Below, piece by piece: positions 1 through 10,505 of a stretch of 64,000 nucleotides of DNA. The stretch comes from a bacterium (lineage in GTDB: Bacteria > Armatimonadota > Zipacnadia > Zipacnadales > Zipacnadaceae): contig JAUVXR010000013.1 in assembly GCA_030603495.1 (NCBI GenBank), positions 1,133 to 65,132 of the forward strand. The letters are read 5' to 3'. The position numbers and the translations under genes are program-made. Under the pieces are notes generated by a model. That model was not told the origin of the DNA and made no database searches. It worked only from the letters and a program-made list of their open reading frames with translations. Position 1 is the first letter of the stretch. Each line of letters starts with the position of its first letter.

Positions 1-2073
1 GCAGCTAACCAGTTGGATCGCGCCCCGAATCACACCTCCGAAGACGGCATCTACGCCACAGTGCTGGTAAACTGCCCGGCACAGCGACTCAAGGACGTCT
101 GGGACCATCTCAGCCCCCACCGTACGTTTTGCCCGGATTCCACATTACAGAGATATGAGCGAAACGACGACGGCCAATGGATGGCACTGAACTGTGGTGA
201 TGCGGCAATTGGACTTATAACCCGTGGCCACACCATGGGCAACGTCCTACCCTGGTTCTGGGCAAAGCCAGGCAACGGGGCGTATCTCGGGACAGACCCG
301 TACGGTGCGGTGGTGAACGGGCATTTTGAGGCGCTTGATTCTCACACAATCATCCTCGCGCCCCGGGTTGAGCAGATGCAGGACCTTTTTGAACGTGTCT
401 TAACCCATCCTGTGCTTGTATTTGTGTACCCACATCGTCAGCCACCGGTGATGGCTGCATATCAATGTCTGGCCAAATGGGTTGCGTTATGTAGCGATCA
501 CCTGCTAGTACCCGGACGATACCGACGAGCAATGCTCACGAGTGGCCCGCCGACGGATGACTGCCAGAGCATTGATCTTCCCATCGCCGAGTTTGTGTGG
601 CTCTATGAGCGCACCAGACACAAACCGTTCCTGGAGAAGGCCAGTCAAGCTGCACTGTTTGTGGCCGACTGGTTCAAGCAAGGCTACTATGCCCGCCGGG
701 GTGAGAAGCCACTGGCCCCCGATGACGGCGGTATCTACCAGTCCGAGCATAACTATCTCCTGCTTGCTCTGGCCCGTGTCTATCGTCACGTGAAGGACGC
801 CCGGCTCCTCGACGCTATTGATGAGACCCTGGCATGGATCGAGGACCAGCGTGGTGGGCTTGGTACTTGGGAATACCATGACTTCCGATGGCATGCGGGG
901 GCTTACCACTGGGACGGTAGTGGTGTCTACTACTGGCCAGTCAACACCAACCAGGCAGCCAGCGTGAATTTCCGCTTGTATCAGTTGTTGGGCGAACCTA
1001 AGTATCTCGCCGCAGCTACCGAGATCGTGGACATGTACCTCGGGCGGAAACCCAAGAATAGTTGGCCGCTGACCCAGGGCTGGGGCGTGAGCGACGAAAC
1101 GCGCGGTGCCCACTTGTGGGTCGAGGCCTGGGAGGTCTATCCGGAAGACGACCCTACGCACCCCGGAAAGCAGTTTGCTCACTGGCTGGGAGATATGACG
1201 GATCACATTTGGTTGGGGGGACTTCCGCTTTGCCGACACCAGATTTACCGGGAGGGCGCACTTCCAGGCGAGGTTCCCAGTGTGTTCCTCAGCCCCGGCT
1301 ACTCTCATAGTCACAGTTGTGGCTCTATTACTGACCTCAGCGCCCGGCTCAACAATTCTGCCGTAGTCGGGGTCAGTGAGACACTGACCAGTTTCGCTTT
1401 CAAGGATGGCTACTATAGCTTCAGCCCGCGTTTTGGCTGGCCCACCAACTTCATGATCAGCCACTACACCTGGCAGCCCCGCCCGGTGGATGAGGCATGG
1501 TGGTTGGATCCGGAGATGCTTCTGGGCCTGTACGCTGCCGCGCGTCGCGGCTGGGTGCCGCCGGAGGACCTGCAAGCTGCGCTCTGGAAGGTCTACACAA
1601 TGCTGGTCAACACCTACATCTCGCTTGACGGACAACACGGCGGCTGGGCCGCGGCCTATGACTGTATGGAGGGCCAGCCCCTGAAGTTCTTGGGCAGCTT
1701 CTTCAGCGGCAGTGGGTATGCCCCTTATCGCTCCGACGAGCCCCGCGAGATTCATGGCTTCCTGCTGCGCGAAGCCAGCCACGATGGTTTCACACACTAC
1801 CGGACTTCTCTCGAGCCGCTCGTCGCGGACTTGCTCTCCGTCGAGAGCGTCCAACAGGAGGACAAGAACTGCCATATCGAACTGACCGACCAGTCTGACG
1901 CTCAGGGCTTGCCCCTCCTGCGTGCCGCGCTGGTACCTCTGCCCGCTGCTGCAGGCGAAATCCGCCCAGAGGATCTCACCGTGCTCCTGGACGGTTCCAA
2001 GTATGACGTACAAGACACCACTCGTGTGGCAATTGGCGACACCGACTTCTTGCTGCTTACCGTTCATCTGTGA
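1..2073 (+). CDS. Uncharacterised protein, possibly (alpha/alpha)-barrel glycosidase/epimerase-like; 5' end truncated by window
   Basis: Frame is open from base 1; W/Y/H-rich helical segments (e.g. LYQLLGEPKYLAAATEIVDMYL) resemble six-hairpin glycosidase repeats. Confidence 0.5.
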   Translation, partial: AANQLDRAPNHTSEDGIYATVLVNCPAQRLKDVWDHLSPHRTFCPDSTLQRYERNDDGQWMALNCGDAAIGLITRGHTMGNVLPWFWAKPGNGAYLGTDPYGAVVNGHFEALDSHTIILAPRVEQMQDLFERVLTHPVLVFVYPHRQPPVMAAYQCLAKWVALCSDHLLVPGRYRRAMLTSGPPTDDCQSIDLPIAEFVWLYERTRHKPFLEKASQAALFVADWFKQGYYARRGEKPLAPDDGGIYQSEHNYLLLALARVYRHVKDARLLDAIDETLAWIEDQRGGLGTWEYHDFRWHAGAYHWDGSGVYYWPVNTNQAASVNFRLYQLLGEPKYLAAATEIVDMYLGRKPKNSWPLTQGWGVSDETRGAHLWVEAWEVYPEDDPTHPGKQFAHWLGDMTDHIWLGGLPLCRHQIYREGALPGEVPSVFLSPGYSHSHSCGSITDLSARLNNSAVVGVSETLTSFAFKDGYYSFSPRFGWPTNFMISHYTWQPRPVDEAWWLDPEMLLGLYAAARRGWVPPEDLQAALWKVYTMLVNTYISLDGQHGGWAAAYDCMEGQPLKFLGSFFSGSGYAPYRSDEPREIHGFLLREASHDGFTHYRTSLEPLVADLLSVESVQQEDKNCHIELTDQSDAQGLPLLRAALVPLPAAAGEIRPEDLTVLLDGSKYDVQDTTRVAIGDTDFLLLTVHL

Positions 2074-2139
2074 CCACACGCCGTCGCGGAGCACAGACCA
2101 GTACGCTCTCGCAGCCATGTCCAGAAAGATAGGCCCCGG

Positions 2140-2453
2140 TGACCTTTCCTCCGAAAACGAGCCCAGGTGTAGTTTTAGTATTTCCAGTATCCGGACCTGG
2201 GAAAAGCGCATGAGCAGAAAGTGCTGGACACCAGAGCAGATCATGGGCAAGCTGCGGGAGGCGCAGGTGCTAATCGAGTGATGGGAAGACACTACAATAT
2301 TGTGAGGCCACACAGTTTACTGGGATATCGACCACCGGCCCCGGAAGCAGCCCAGCGATGGTCTCCAGGCTCGGCTACACCTCGCCTTCCGACCATGGCT
2401 GCAGAGCCCGTGAGACTAACATAGCAACTGGTACCCTTGGTGGCGGCAAGTCA
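2140..2453 (+). mobile_element. Internally deleted IS3-family element (non-autonomous, 314 bp)
   Basis: TGAC...GTCA termini with imperfect IRs, CGG on both flanks; OrfA N-terminus (MSRKCWTPEQIMGKLREA) joined to OrfB C-terminus (HYNIVRPHSLLGYRPPAPE). Confidence 0.8.
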
Positions 2454-2766
2454 CGGCCTTTGCCAATAGGAGGTCGCGGACTGTGATAGAAATAGTTGAC
2501 AGCGGCATAGTATATCGGAATCCGCATCCGAACTTGCGGCCGTACACGCATCCACGCCTGCGTCACTCACGTCCGCTGGTGCAGACTGCGCGTCGTTAAG
2601 CGCTAGCAGCCATGACACCAGTCCTGTGCCTCGTCCCCTGCCATGCGGCGCCCTCATTACCTGCGTTTTGACGGGAGGCGAGCGAGTAGAGCGAACTGGC
2701 GCGGCTGGCCCGGTTCTGGGCGGAGGGGAAGGAATAGGCTCCCAGCGACGGGAACGTAGAGATGCT

Positions 2767-3606
2767 ATGGCCGTTGACTTGCACATTCATTCGATCTTCT
2801 CCGATGGCACGCTCACGCCCGAGCAGATTGTGGGCGTGGCACTGGCCAAGGATCTGACAGCTATTGCCCTGGCCGACCACGATTCCGTTGGGGGTGTGGC
2901 TTCGGCTGACCAGGCTGCTGCGGGGAGCGGGTTGCTGGTCTTACCGGCCGTTGAGATCAGCACCACCCGGGCCGGCGCCGACGTGCATATTCTGGGCTAC
3001 TTCATAGATGCCCAAGATGCGCACCTGCTGGAAAAGCTACGGGTGATTCGGCAGGCCCGGCTGCAGCGCGCCCGAGAGATTGCTGACAAGCTGGCCAAGC
3101 TGGGCATCGTCATTGACTTTGAGAAGCTCGTGGAGGAGTCCGGCCCCGATAGCTTGGGCCGGCCACACATTGCGACTCGGCTTGTGAAGGAGGGCCATAC
3201 CAGCACTGCCCGGGAGGCTTTCGCCAGCTATTTGGGTCGCGGCCGTGCGGCCTACGTGGAACGCTACCGGCTGACGCCGGTGGAAGCTATTGAGTCGGTG
3301 ATCGCCGCCGGTGGCTTGCCCGTGCTGGCTCATCCGCGTGTGGACGGTGCCGAGCGGTGGATTGACGAGTTGATGAATCACGGCCTCCAGGGGTTGGAAG
3401 CTTATCACGTTGTGCATAGTCCTGCCCAGGCGCGTCACTATGTCAGCGTGGCCGAGCAGCGGGGCCTGCTGGTCACCGGCGGCAGCGACTCGCACGGACC
3501 AGAGGGGCCGGTGCCGGTAGAGATTGGAGCGGTGGACGTGCCTGACGAATCCGCGCAACGCCTGCTGGAGTGGGCCCAAAGGCACCAGCCGGCCGGGGCA
3601 AAATAG
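2767..3606 (+). CDS. PHP domain phosphoesterase (TrpH/YciV-like)
   Basis: DLHIHSIFSDG, ALADHD, LAHP and GGSDSHG motifs; ATG at 2767 preferred. Confidence 0.9.
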   Translation: MAVDLHIHSIFSDGTLTPEQIVGVALAKDLTAIALADHDSVGGVASADQAAAGSGLLVLPAVEISTTRAGADVHILGYFIDAQDAHLLEKLRVIRQARLQRAREIADKLAKLGIVIDFEKLVEESGPDSLGRPHIATRLVKEGHTSTAREAFASYLGRGRAAYVERYRLTPVEAIESVIAAGGLPVLAHPRVDGAERWIDELMNHGLQGLEAYHVVHSPAQARHYVSVAEQRGLLVTGGSDSHGPEGPVPVEIGAVDVPDESAQRLLEWAQRHQPAGAK

Positions 3607-3972
3607 GTGAGCCATATGGAAACAACGGTAACTGAAGTCGCCGGCGATCCGCCGGTAACAGTACTTGCGATCTGTGGCGCAGTGGATGCCGGGCCGGAGG
3701 GATTGGGGCAGCTCAATGGAGTGCTGGACGGACTGATTGACGAGGGGGCACTTCACCTGGTCGTGGACTTGACAGACGCCGAGTTCCTGGTCTCACGGGC
3801 GCTGGGTCAGCTCCTAACCACTGCCGTGCGCCTGCGCAGCCGGGGCGGGGACATGGCCATCGCCGGAGCTACAGGCTCAGTTGCTGCGTCGGTCCTGATG
3901 GTGGGAGTGGGCGCGATGGTCCAGCTCTGCGAGACGGTAGAGGACGCCGTCGCGGCCCTCACCACACGGTAG
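3607..3972 (+). CDS. STAS-domain anti-sigma factor antagonist
   Basis: LVVDLTDAEFLVSRALG motif, ETVEDAVAAL C-terminus, ~120 aa. Confidence 0.8.
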   Translation: MSHMETTVTEVAGDPPVTVLAICGAVDAGPEGLGQLNGVLDGLIDEGALHLVVDLTDAEFLVSRALGQLLTTAVRLRSRGGDMAIAGATGSVAASVLMVGVGAMVQLCETVEDAVAALTTR

Positions 3973-4296
3973 GAGAGGGCGCGCTTGTCGCCTTCAGGGC
4001 ATCGCGGGTCGTTGTCGGCGGCCTGCCTTCTACTATCCCCTAGCTGTTGTTAGCCAGCCAGTCGAGCAGGTCATCGGCTTCGGCGGGGCTGCTGGGGCTG
4101 GGCGCGAAGCTGCGCCGGCGGAAGGAGAGCTAGAAGGTCGGGGCAGGAGTGCCCCTCCCACAACAACACAACACGATGGCTCAGGCATCCTGCCTGAGTC
4201 ATTTTTCTTGGGCCCACCGGCTGGGGTTCGACAAGCTCACCCTAATAGAAGCCGGTGCCACCGGAATGCACACAAATGTCGGTGGACACATGAGCC

Positions 4297-4863
4297 CTAC
4301 GATCCAACCGGCAACTCCTTACCACTTGCCAGGTCGAATATCCTGACCGCGCCCTCTTCGATCACCCCACACGTGGGGCGCCGCAGCACCTCCTGCTCGG
4401 CGAGCGGATAGGTCGGGCTGCCCGGGTTGACGTGCGTGAGGCTGCCGATCTCGCTGACCAGCGGCACATGAGTATGGCCGGTGATCAGAAAGGCGACCTG
4501 CCACTTCTGGGCCAACGTGACTATCTCATCTACAGGCGTGAGGTGTCCGTGCGTCGCCAGCAGACGCACCTTACCCCACTGCGCCAGCAGATAGGGCTGC
4601 TGAAGCGGAACTTCCAGCATGAGCTGGTCCACGTCCGCGTCGCAATTGCCGCGTGCGATCAGCACTGGCACGGGCGCTGAGTTTATGGCCGGGGCCAAGT
4701 CATTCGGCCCATAGGCAGGCGCTGGCGTGAACTTGGGCCCGTGGTAGAGCACATCCCCGCAGTGGACGATGACCTCGCACGTGCTCAGGACCAGCTCCCA
4801 GGCCCGCTGCCAGCCGTCCAGATTGCCGTGGGTGTCGGAGATCAGCCCTATGCGCACAGTCAT
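4297..4863 (-). CDS. yfcE: YfcE/MJ0936-family metallophosphoesterase
   Basis: ISDTHG, HCGDVLYHGP, RGNCD, THGH, GHTH and NPGS motifs. Confidence 0.85.
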   Translation of the reverse strand: MTVRIGLISDTHGNLDGWQRAWELVLSTCEVIVHCGDVLYHGPKFTPAPAYGPNDLAPAINSAPVPVLIARGNCDADVDQLMLEVPLQQPYLLAQWGKVRLLATHGHLTPVDEIVTLAQKWQVAFLITGHTHVPLVSEIGSLTHVNPGSPTYPLAEQEVLRRPTCGVIEEGAVRIFDLASGKELPVGS

Positions 4864-5046
4864 AATCCTTCGCGAAACTCGTAGCGTATCTTCGGGTAAG
4901 CCTGCCCGTTAACTCTTTCGCGGCAGCAATCATCTCACCTTCTACGCGGACCTGGCTGGGAGGGATATGGTCCCATCATGCAGAAGAGTAGTGGGCGAGG
5001 CTCGCCGCTCGTCAGGCGAGTAGACTTATAATAGCACGGTGGCATT

Positions 5047-6240
5047 ATGCCACAGTTTGAATATGAAGCGATAGACCCGGACGGCCAGGCCCAGGCGGGC
5101 ACCGTTGAGGCGGACTCGCGGATGCTGGCGGCCGTCAAACTGCGCGAACGGGGTCTGCACCTCCAGACCCTGAAGGAGCAGAGGCTGGGCCGTCTGGCGA
5201 CAGACGAGCGTCCCGAGGACGTCGAGTACTCTGTCTTCTACCCGCTCTCTCCGGTCGCGCCACACCGCCTGGCCGAGCTGTACGCACAACTGGCTGAGCT
5301 GTTGGAGGCGGGCGTGGGGATATATGAGGCGACCGAATCGCTCCAAGGACGCGTGGACAAGCGGCTGGCTCGGATCCTCGAGGAGATCTCGCCTCAGCTT
5401 TCGGCAGGGGGGGAGCTGTCTGAACTCATGGCGAGGTATCCGCAGATCTTTCCGGTGCACGTCCGGGCGATGCTCAGCGCCGGGGAGACGTCAGGCAACC
5501 TCGACCAGGCCTGCGCAGCGATCGCCGCGCACTACGACGAGGAGCACCAGCTCCACCAGAAGCTGCGCCTGCCTAAGATCTACTACGGCCTGGTGCTGAT
5601 ATTCTGCATCCTGGTGCCGACTTTCCCCTGGATCATTTCCCGGGGCCTTAGTTGGTATCTGCATCAACTGGCAGTGGTGCTGGTACCGGTAATCGCGGGG
5701 CTTATCGCCATGCTTCTGATCGGCAAGGTGGTCCTGGCTATGCCACATGTCAAAGCCGTGGTTGATGATATCGTCTTCCGTCTGCCCTGGCTGGCGCCGT
5801 TTGGGATGCGTGCGGCCCGGGCGCGCACGCTCCAGACGCTCTACATCCTCACCCGTGCCGGGGTTGATCTGCCCGTGTCCGTCAATCTGGCGGGACAGGC
5901 CGCGGGCGTGCGGCCAATGAGAGCAGAGCTGCGGATCGCCGCCGCCAGAATCCGGGAGCAGATTCCGGTGACTCAGGCGTTGGCGGACTGCCGCGGGTTG
6001 TCCGACCAGGTTAAGGGCGCGCTGGCCACCGCCGAGCAGACCGGGCTGTACGAGGAGGCGTTGGGGCGGCTGACCGAGGCCGCGGTCAGCGAGCGGCGCA
6101 ATGTCATCAACAGGCTTGTCATCGGCAGTATGTTGACCTTCCTGGCATTTACGGCCGTCCCGGTTGCTATCGCGGTCTATTTCGGCTACAGTGCTTATGT
6201 TGATGCGATTATGGAGCGGTTCGAAGAATGGATGCCATGA
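5047..6240 (+). CDS. Type II secretion system F / PilC family protein
   Basis: MPQFEYEAIDPDG N-terminus, two GspF domains (AGETSGNLD, AEQTGLYEEAL), TM segments. Confidence 0.85.
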   Translation: MPQFEYEAIDPDGQAQAGTVEADSRMLAAVKLRERGLHLQTLKEQRLGRLATDERPEDVEYSVFYPLSPVAPHRLAELYAQLAELLEAGVGIYEATESLQGRVDKRLARILEEISPQLSAGGELSELMARYPQIFPVHVRAMLSAGETSGNLDQACAAIAAHYDEEHQLHQKLRLPKIYYGLVLIFCILVPTFPWIISRGLSWYLHQLAVVLVPVIAGLIAMLLIGKVVLAMPHVKAVVDDIVFRLPWLAPFGMRAARARTLQTLYILTRAGVDLPVSVNLAGQAAGVRPMRAELRIAAARIREQIPVTQALADCRGLSDQVKGALATAEQTGLYEEALGRLTEAAVSERRNVINRLVIGSMLTFLAFTAVPVAIAVYFGYSAYVDAIMERFEEWMP

Positions 6241-8447
6241 GCGATAGGCCTACGATTTATGCAATCGGACTCACTATATTATTGCTCGGAGCGACCGGTG
6301 CTGCGAGCGCTGATGAGCAGCTCAAGTTGGATCGCCGTGACTGGGCGGAGGTTGGGCCGGCGCGATCCGTTGTCGAGATTGTCACGGACTCCGGTACTGA
6401 CGAGAAACCGGCGTTTCTTATCACACCACAGTCAGCCGCCGGCGCTTGGGCGGTTTCAGAGCCGCTGGCGGCTGCGATCGGGCCTGTGGCACTCTCGATG
6501 CGAGCGCAGCGGCGCTCGGGTAGCGGAGAGTTGGCGGTCAGCCTCGTATCAGACATCCCTGAAAAACCTGAGCAGATAACGCCGCTGTGGCACCTGGAGT
6601 TCAACGACGGCAGGGAGCACAGGGTCGAGTTGGGCCTGGTGCTGCCCGGCAATGAGCCAGTGCGTCTGGCCATCGGCGCCCCGGGCGGACCAGGCGAGTG
6701 GCGAGTCACGGAGATAGAGCTTGCTGAATGGACACCGCCACGCCAGGAAGACGGGCCAACGGCGGAACTGCCGCCGGCAACCAGCCTGGAGCCGTTGCCG
6801 CTGGGTTGGGAGCCTGAGGGCAGTCTTGATGGACGCTGGCGCAGAGTTGGCGCGGGCAAGGAAATCGTCGTCGAGGTTGGCGGCCTGAGCATCAGCCTTC
6901 CCGCAGAAATAGGGGCGGAGCAGGCCGTGCGGGGGGGTGCAACTGCCTATGTGAGCAACCGTGGCGACGCCGAGAAGGAGCTGACCATCAGCCTGCAGGG
7001 GCCAACGGGCGCCTATATGCCCACCTTCACGGTGCCCTTTGCTGGTGGTGGCATGACCCGTTTCCGCCCGCCGGTGCAGATGTTGGTCACCGGCAAGCAT
7101 TGGATCAAGCTGATCCTCTCTTGCGGCGGCGAGACAGCCGCCATTCCCGTACTGGTGGAGTGCGAAAAGCGCTATCCTGCGCTGGGCCTGGCTGCTGACT
7201 TATCCGCACTGGCCTCAAAAGTGTTGCACCGTGATCAACTGCTCCAGTTCTTTCACGTTCGGCTGCCCGAGGAGCTGCCCGCCGCCGATACTGTGCGCCA
7301 AGTGCTCGGCCCGGAGCCGGGGCAGACAATCCTCGATCTGCCCTTGCTTCGTGATCTATCTGATGTAATGACCGGCTATGATTCCCAGCCGGCGAGTCGC
7401 CTGATGTCGCTGGTCAGCTTCTACCTCCCCGAGGCTATGGGCGAGCCGTCCGGCAGTGAGATAACAGCTACGACAGCCGCCGCCGCGACGCAGATCAGAG
7501 CCCGTTTCTCCGAGGCCAGCTTCCTCAGCCCGCCACTGCCAGTCGTGACCTCCCCCGAAGGCCTCCAGCCTGCGGGACGGCTTGCTGAGGCGCTTGAGGC
7601 AGGAATGGGTGCAATCGTCAGCGCCGTGGCGGTCAATCTGCCGCGGCCACCGGCAGGTGCCGTGCTCATTGAGAGGATTGATGGCCGCCTGCGCCGGGAG
7701 CCGGGCTCGTTCTGGGCGGACCTGGATCGCCGTTACGATTTCTATTCGTTGCGCCAAGCGCTGAATATGGGCGGGGCACAATTGCCGATGCTGCTGGCTG
7801 AGCTGCCCACGACAGCGAGCGGTGATCCGAGGCTCGACGCGCTGATAATCGGTCGCCTGCTTATCAGCGGCTTCGCCCAGGGCTGTACCGGCGCGACCTT
7901 CGGTCCCGAGCTGCTATACCTGCCGCCTGTGCCCTCTGCCGGAGATATCCCGGCTGAGCACCCCGTGCGCACAGCCCTGCGCGAGCTAAACCGTGAGCTA
8001 TCCGGAGCCGTGCCCTTGCGCGGTCTGGCTCGTACTGAGGGCTTCTCCGGACGGATTGGCGAGCCCCTTGTCTATCGCTCGTTCCTGCGGGGCCGCGAAG
8101 GCATCGTCTTTATGTGGAACAACACCTCGGTGCCTCTGGATGTCGCTGTTGTACTGCAGGCTCTGCCCGTGCAGATGCAAGTCCTGCGCCTGGCTTATAC
8201 GGGCCAGCTTGTCACCCGCAAGTGTCAGGGGTTATTCGCCTTCAGCGAGGAGGCCAAGGAGAACCAGCAGCAGGCGGTCTACGTGCGAGTCCGACCGCTG
8301 GAGATCGTAGGGCTCAGCTTCAGCCTAAGAAACCCTTATGCCGGTTGGCTGGGGGAGCTTGCACCGCGTCCGCCCCGCAAGAGAGATAACGGACCGAAGT
8401 GGCCGAGGGGCGGCGACCTGTGGCGTCCGGGGGAGACGCAGCCTTGA
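6237..8447 (+). CDS. Large secreted hypothetical protein
   Basis: ATGA overlap with upstream gene; signal peptide-like N-terminus (IYAIGLTILLLGATGAASA). Confidence 0.7.
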   Translation: MSDRPTIYAIGLTILLLGATGAASADEQLKLDRRDWAEVGPARSVVEIVTDSGTDEKPAFLITPQSAAGAWAVSEPLAAAIGPVALSMRAQRRSGSGELAVSLVSDIPEKPEQITPLWHLEFNDGREHRVELGLVLPGNEPVRLAIGAPGGPGEWRVTEIELAEWTPPRQEDGPTAELPPATSLEPLPLGWEPEGSLDGRWRRVGAGKEIVVEVGGLSISLPAEIGAEQAVRGGATAYVSNRGDAEKELTISLQGPTGAYMPTFTVPFAGGGMTRFRPPVQMLVTGKHWIKLILSCGGETAAIPVLVECEKRYPALGLAADLSALASKVLHRDQLLQFFHVRLPEELPAADTVRQVLGPEPGQTILDLPLLRDLSDVMTGYDSQPASRLMSLVSFYLPEAMGEPSGSEITATTAAAATQIRARFSEASFLSPPLPVVTSPEGLQPAGRLAEALEAGMGAIVSAVAVNLPRPPAGAVLIERIDGRLRREPGSFWADLDRRYDFYSLRQALNMGGAQLPMLLAELPTTASGDPRLDALIIGRLLISGFAQGCTGATFGPELLYLPPVPSAGDIPAEHPVRTALRELNRELSGAVPLRGLARTEGFSGRIGEPLVYRSFLRGREGIVFMWNNTSVPLDVAVVLQALPVQMQVLRLAYTGQLVTRKCQGLFAFSEEAKENQQQAVYVRVRPLEIVGLSFSLRNPYAGWLGELAPRPPRKRDNGPKWPRGGDLWRPGETQP

Positions 8448-8455
8448 GAGGGCAG

Positions 8456-10306
8456 CTACCGACTGGCGGCCTGGGCAATGGCCGCAGCGATCCGCTCAGT
8501 AGCCTGTCCGTCCTGGGGTCCCAGGTGCCGGGCGAGAAACTGAGGGCGGCTCGCGGCCAGGTTTTCGCGCGCAGCAGCATCAGCGAGTAGCGAGTGCATA
8601 GCTGGCTCGATGTCCTCATAGCGGTAGACGCCCTGGGCCCCACCATCTTCAGCAAGAGCGAAGCGATCCCGCTGGCCGGAAAGGTTCACCGTAATCACCG
8701 GCTTATCCCGCAGATTGGCCTCGTAGGCCACCGTCGAGTCCCGTGTGACCAGCAGGTCACAGGCCGGGAGCAGATCGGTGAGCGTATCTTCGCCGTGGGG
8801 TATGACCGTAACCGCGTTCGGCCACTGCCGGGCCAGATCCTGATAAATCGTCACGGCCTTCTCTTCGGGGTGAACCTTGATCAACATCGCCGCATCGGCG
8901 GCCTGGCAGGCCTGGGCCGCCGCCTCCAGCCACCACCGTGGCTGAGCGCGCTGCACGTCATACTCATCGGGCTGCGTTGCGACCAGGACTACGAATCTGC
9001 TCTCGCCGGCAAGCTCACTGCGTAGCGCGGCAATCTGTTCGGGCGGCCCGGGCGTACGCGCGTCGTCATAGAGGCAGTGCCCGGTCACCTCGACCTCGGT
9101 TACCGGATCGAGCAGGTCCGCCAGCAGGTCGGCGGTGTACTCCCCGAAGGCCAAGAATCTGTCCCAGGGTAGATTCCCGAGCGTGCGGTGATACGGCCCG
9201 CGAATGCCGTGTTGGCAGCAAACCGTGGGAATGTCCCGTAGGTGCGCGGTGAGCATCAGCGGGGCAACGATATCGGCGTACAGGTGGAAGCCGACAACTG
9301 CGCGGGGGGCGAGTTTCTCGATTATCACTCGTGCAGCGCTCAATTGCGCAAGACCTAAAGCGGCCCGGCCCGCCAGCGTGACCAGCATCCGCCGGCGCAG
9401 CAGTGGCGTCAGCCATTCACGGCCGCCAAGCTCATCGCCCGCTGCACCAAGCTGGGCTTGGAAGTGCTGCCACCACCTTGGCCAAAGTCCCCGGCCAGCG
9501 CGAATCAATTTGCTGCCGTAGCAGCGCGGATCGGCATCTACCACCGGTACGTCAGCGCCAGCCAGAGCACGGGTCGAGCCGCCGAAGTGCAGGTCGGCGG
9601 CGACAGATTTGAGCCCGTGATCATCCGTCAGCCGTTCCGCCACGCGGGCGATTATCGGTGCCGCGGTCGCGCCCACCGCCAGGAACAACACGTCGCAGTC
9701 GTCGGCAGAGATACGCTCGAGCCCGGTGGCAGTCGGGCTACCATACGAATTCAACGCGCCCAGCAGCGCCTGCCCGTGACTCAGCATAGGCAGGGCCAGA
9801 TTCCGCACACTGCGCCACAAGCCACTGGGCGTAGTGCGTAGGGGCACCCGAGCTTCCCGAGCCGCCGCGGCCACCGCCTCGTACGCCCCAGTCCGCTCCC
9901 GCCACCAGGCGCTGTCACGCTTTTCATGCAGTGCCGCCAGTTGGCCACCCGAGGCCAGGGCCTGGCGGGCGATCTGGTGGTTGACGATTGCCGGCACCAC
10001 CGAGAAGCGGGCGAACTGGTCACGGTAGCAATCCCAGAAGCTGGGCATTTGTGGTGCGGGTGGTTCGCGCAGTTCGGGGGGTAGGTAGCTGCCGAGTTGG
10101 GTGGCTACCGCGCGGGCTTGCGCGCAGAAGTCGCCCAGAGACGGGCGCAGGCTTTCGAGCAGGGGATGGCGGCTGAGTTCAAGCTCGCGCACGTCCGCGA
10201 CCAGCGACACAATCGTCTCATCCGCTTGCGCCTTGCGTAAGCGCACTCCCGGCCCGAGAAAGGTTACCTGGCGACGTGACTGCTCCATACTCGGCCAATT
10301 CGCCAC
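8456..10306 (-). CDS. GT-B fold surface-polysaccharide biosynthesis protein (glycerophosphotransferase/epimerase-like C-terminus)
   Basis: QHG, FLAFGE, VTG, IKVHPEE, CDLLVTRDSTVAYEANLRDKPVI and DGQATERI motifs; alternative start 10288. Confidence 0.7.
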   Translation of the reverse strand: MANWPSMEQSRRQVTFLGPGVRLRKAQADETIVSLVADVRELELSRHPLLESLRPSLGDFCAQARAVATQLGSYLPPELREPPAPQMPSFWDCYRDQFARFSVVPAIVNHQIARQALASGGQLAALHEKRDSAWWRERTGAYEAVAAAAREARVPLRTTPSGLWRSVRNLALPMLSHGQALLGALNSYGSPTATGLERISADDCDVLFLAVGATAAPIIARVAERLTDDHGLKSVAADLHFGGSTRALAGADVPVVDADPRCYGSKLIRAGRGLWPRWWQHFQAQLGAAGDELGGREWLTPLLRRRMLVTLAGRAALGLAQLSAARVIIEKLAPRAVVGFHLYADIVAPLMLTAHLRDIPTVCCQHGIRGPYHRTLGNLPWDRFLAFGEYTADLLADLLDPVTEVEVTGHCLYDDARTPGPPEQIAALRSELAGESRFVVLVATQPDEYDVQRAQPRWWLEAAAQACQAADAAMLIKVHPEEKAVTIYQDLARQWPNAVTVIPHGEDTLTDLLPACDLLVTRDSTVAYEANLRDKPVITVNLSGQRDRFALAEDGGAQGVYRYEDIEPAMHSLLADAAARENLAASRPQFLARHLGPQDGQATERIAAAIAQAASR

Positions 10307-10445
10307 CGGCCCACGCCAGGCCTTCCCGTCAACGGCCTGAGCAGCCCGGGACGGGAGGTTTGCTGTTCACTTCACATAAGAACAGCAGAGGGCGAAATTA
10401 TTCACTCATCGGTGTAAGTTGAATTCAAAAGTCTTTGCGGAGGGG

Positions 10446-10484
10446 TGTGGGGAAGCCACTTTCTACAGAAAGGGGTTCCCCACA
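10446..10484. repeat. REP-like GC-rich hairpin, possible terminator of the 10506-11501 gene
   Basis: TGTGGGGAAGCCACTTTCT-AC-AGAAAGGGGTTCCCCACA imperfect inverted repeat. Confidence 0.55.
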
Positions 10485-10505
10485 ATGCCGTTGCGGTTCG
10501 CTTCC

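Noticed and set aside
505-2313. 602-aa antisense ORF
   Set aside because: Shadow frame of the plus-strand gene in GC-rich DNA; no motifs, and it runs into the IS remnant.
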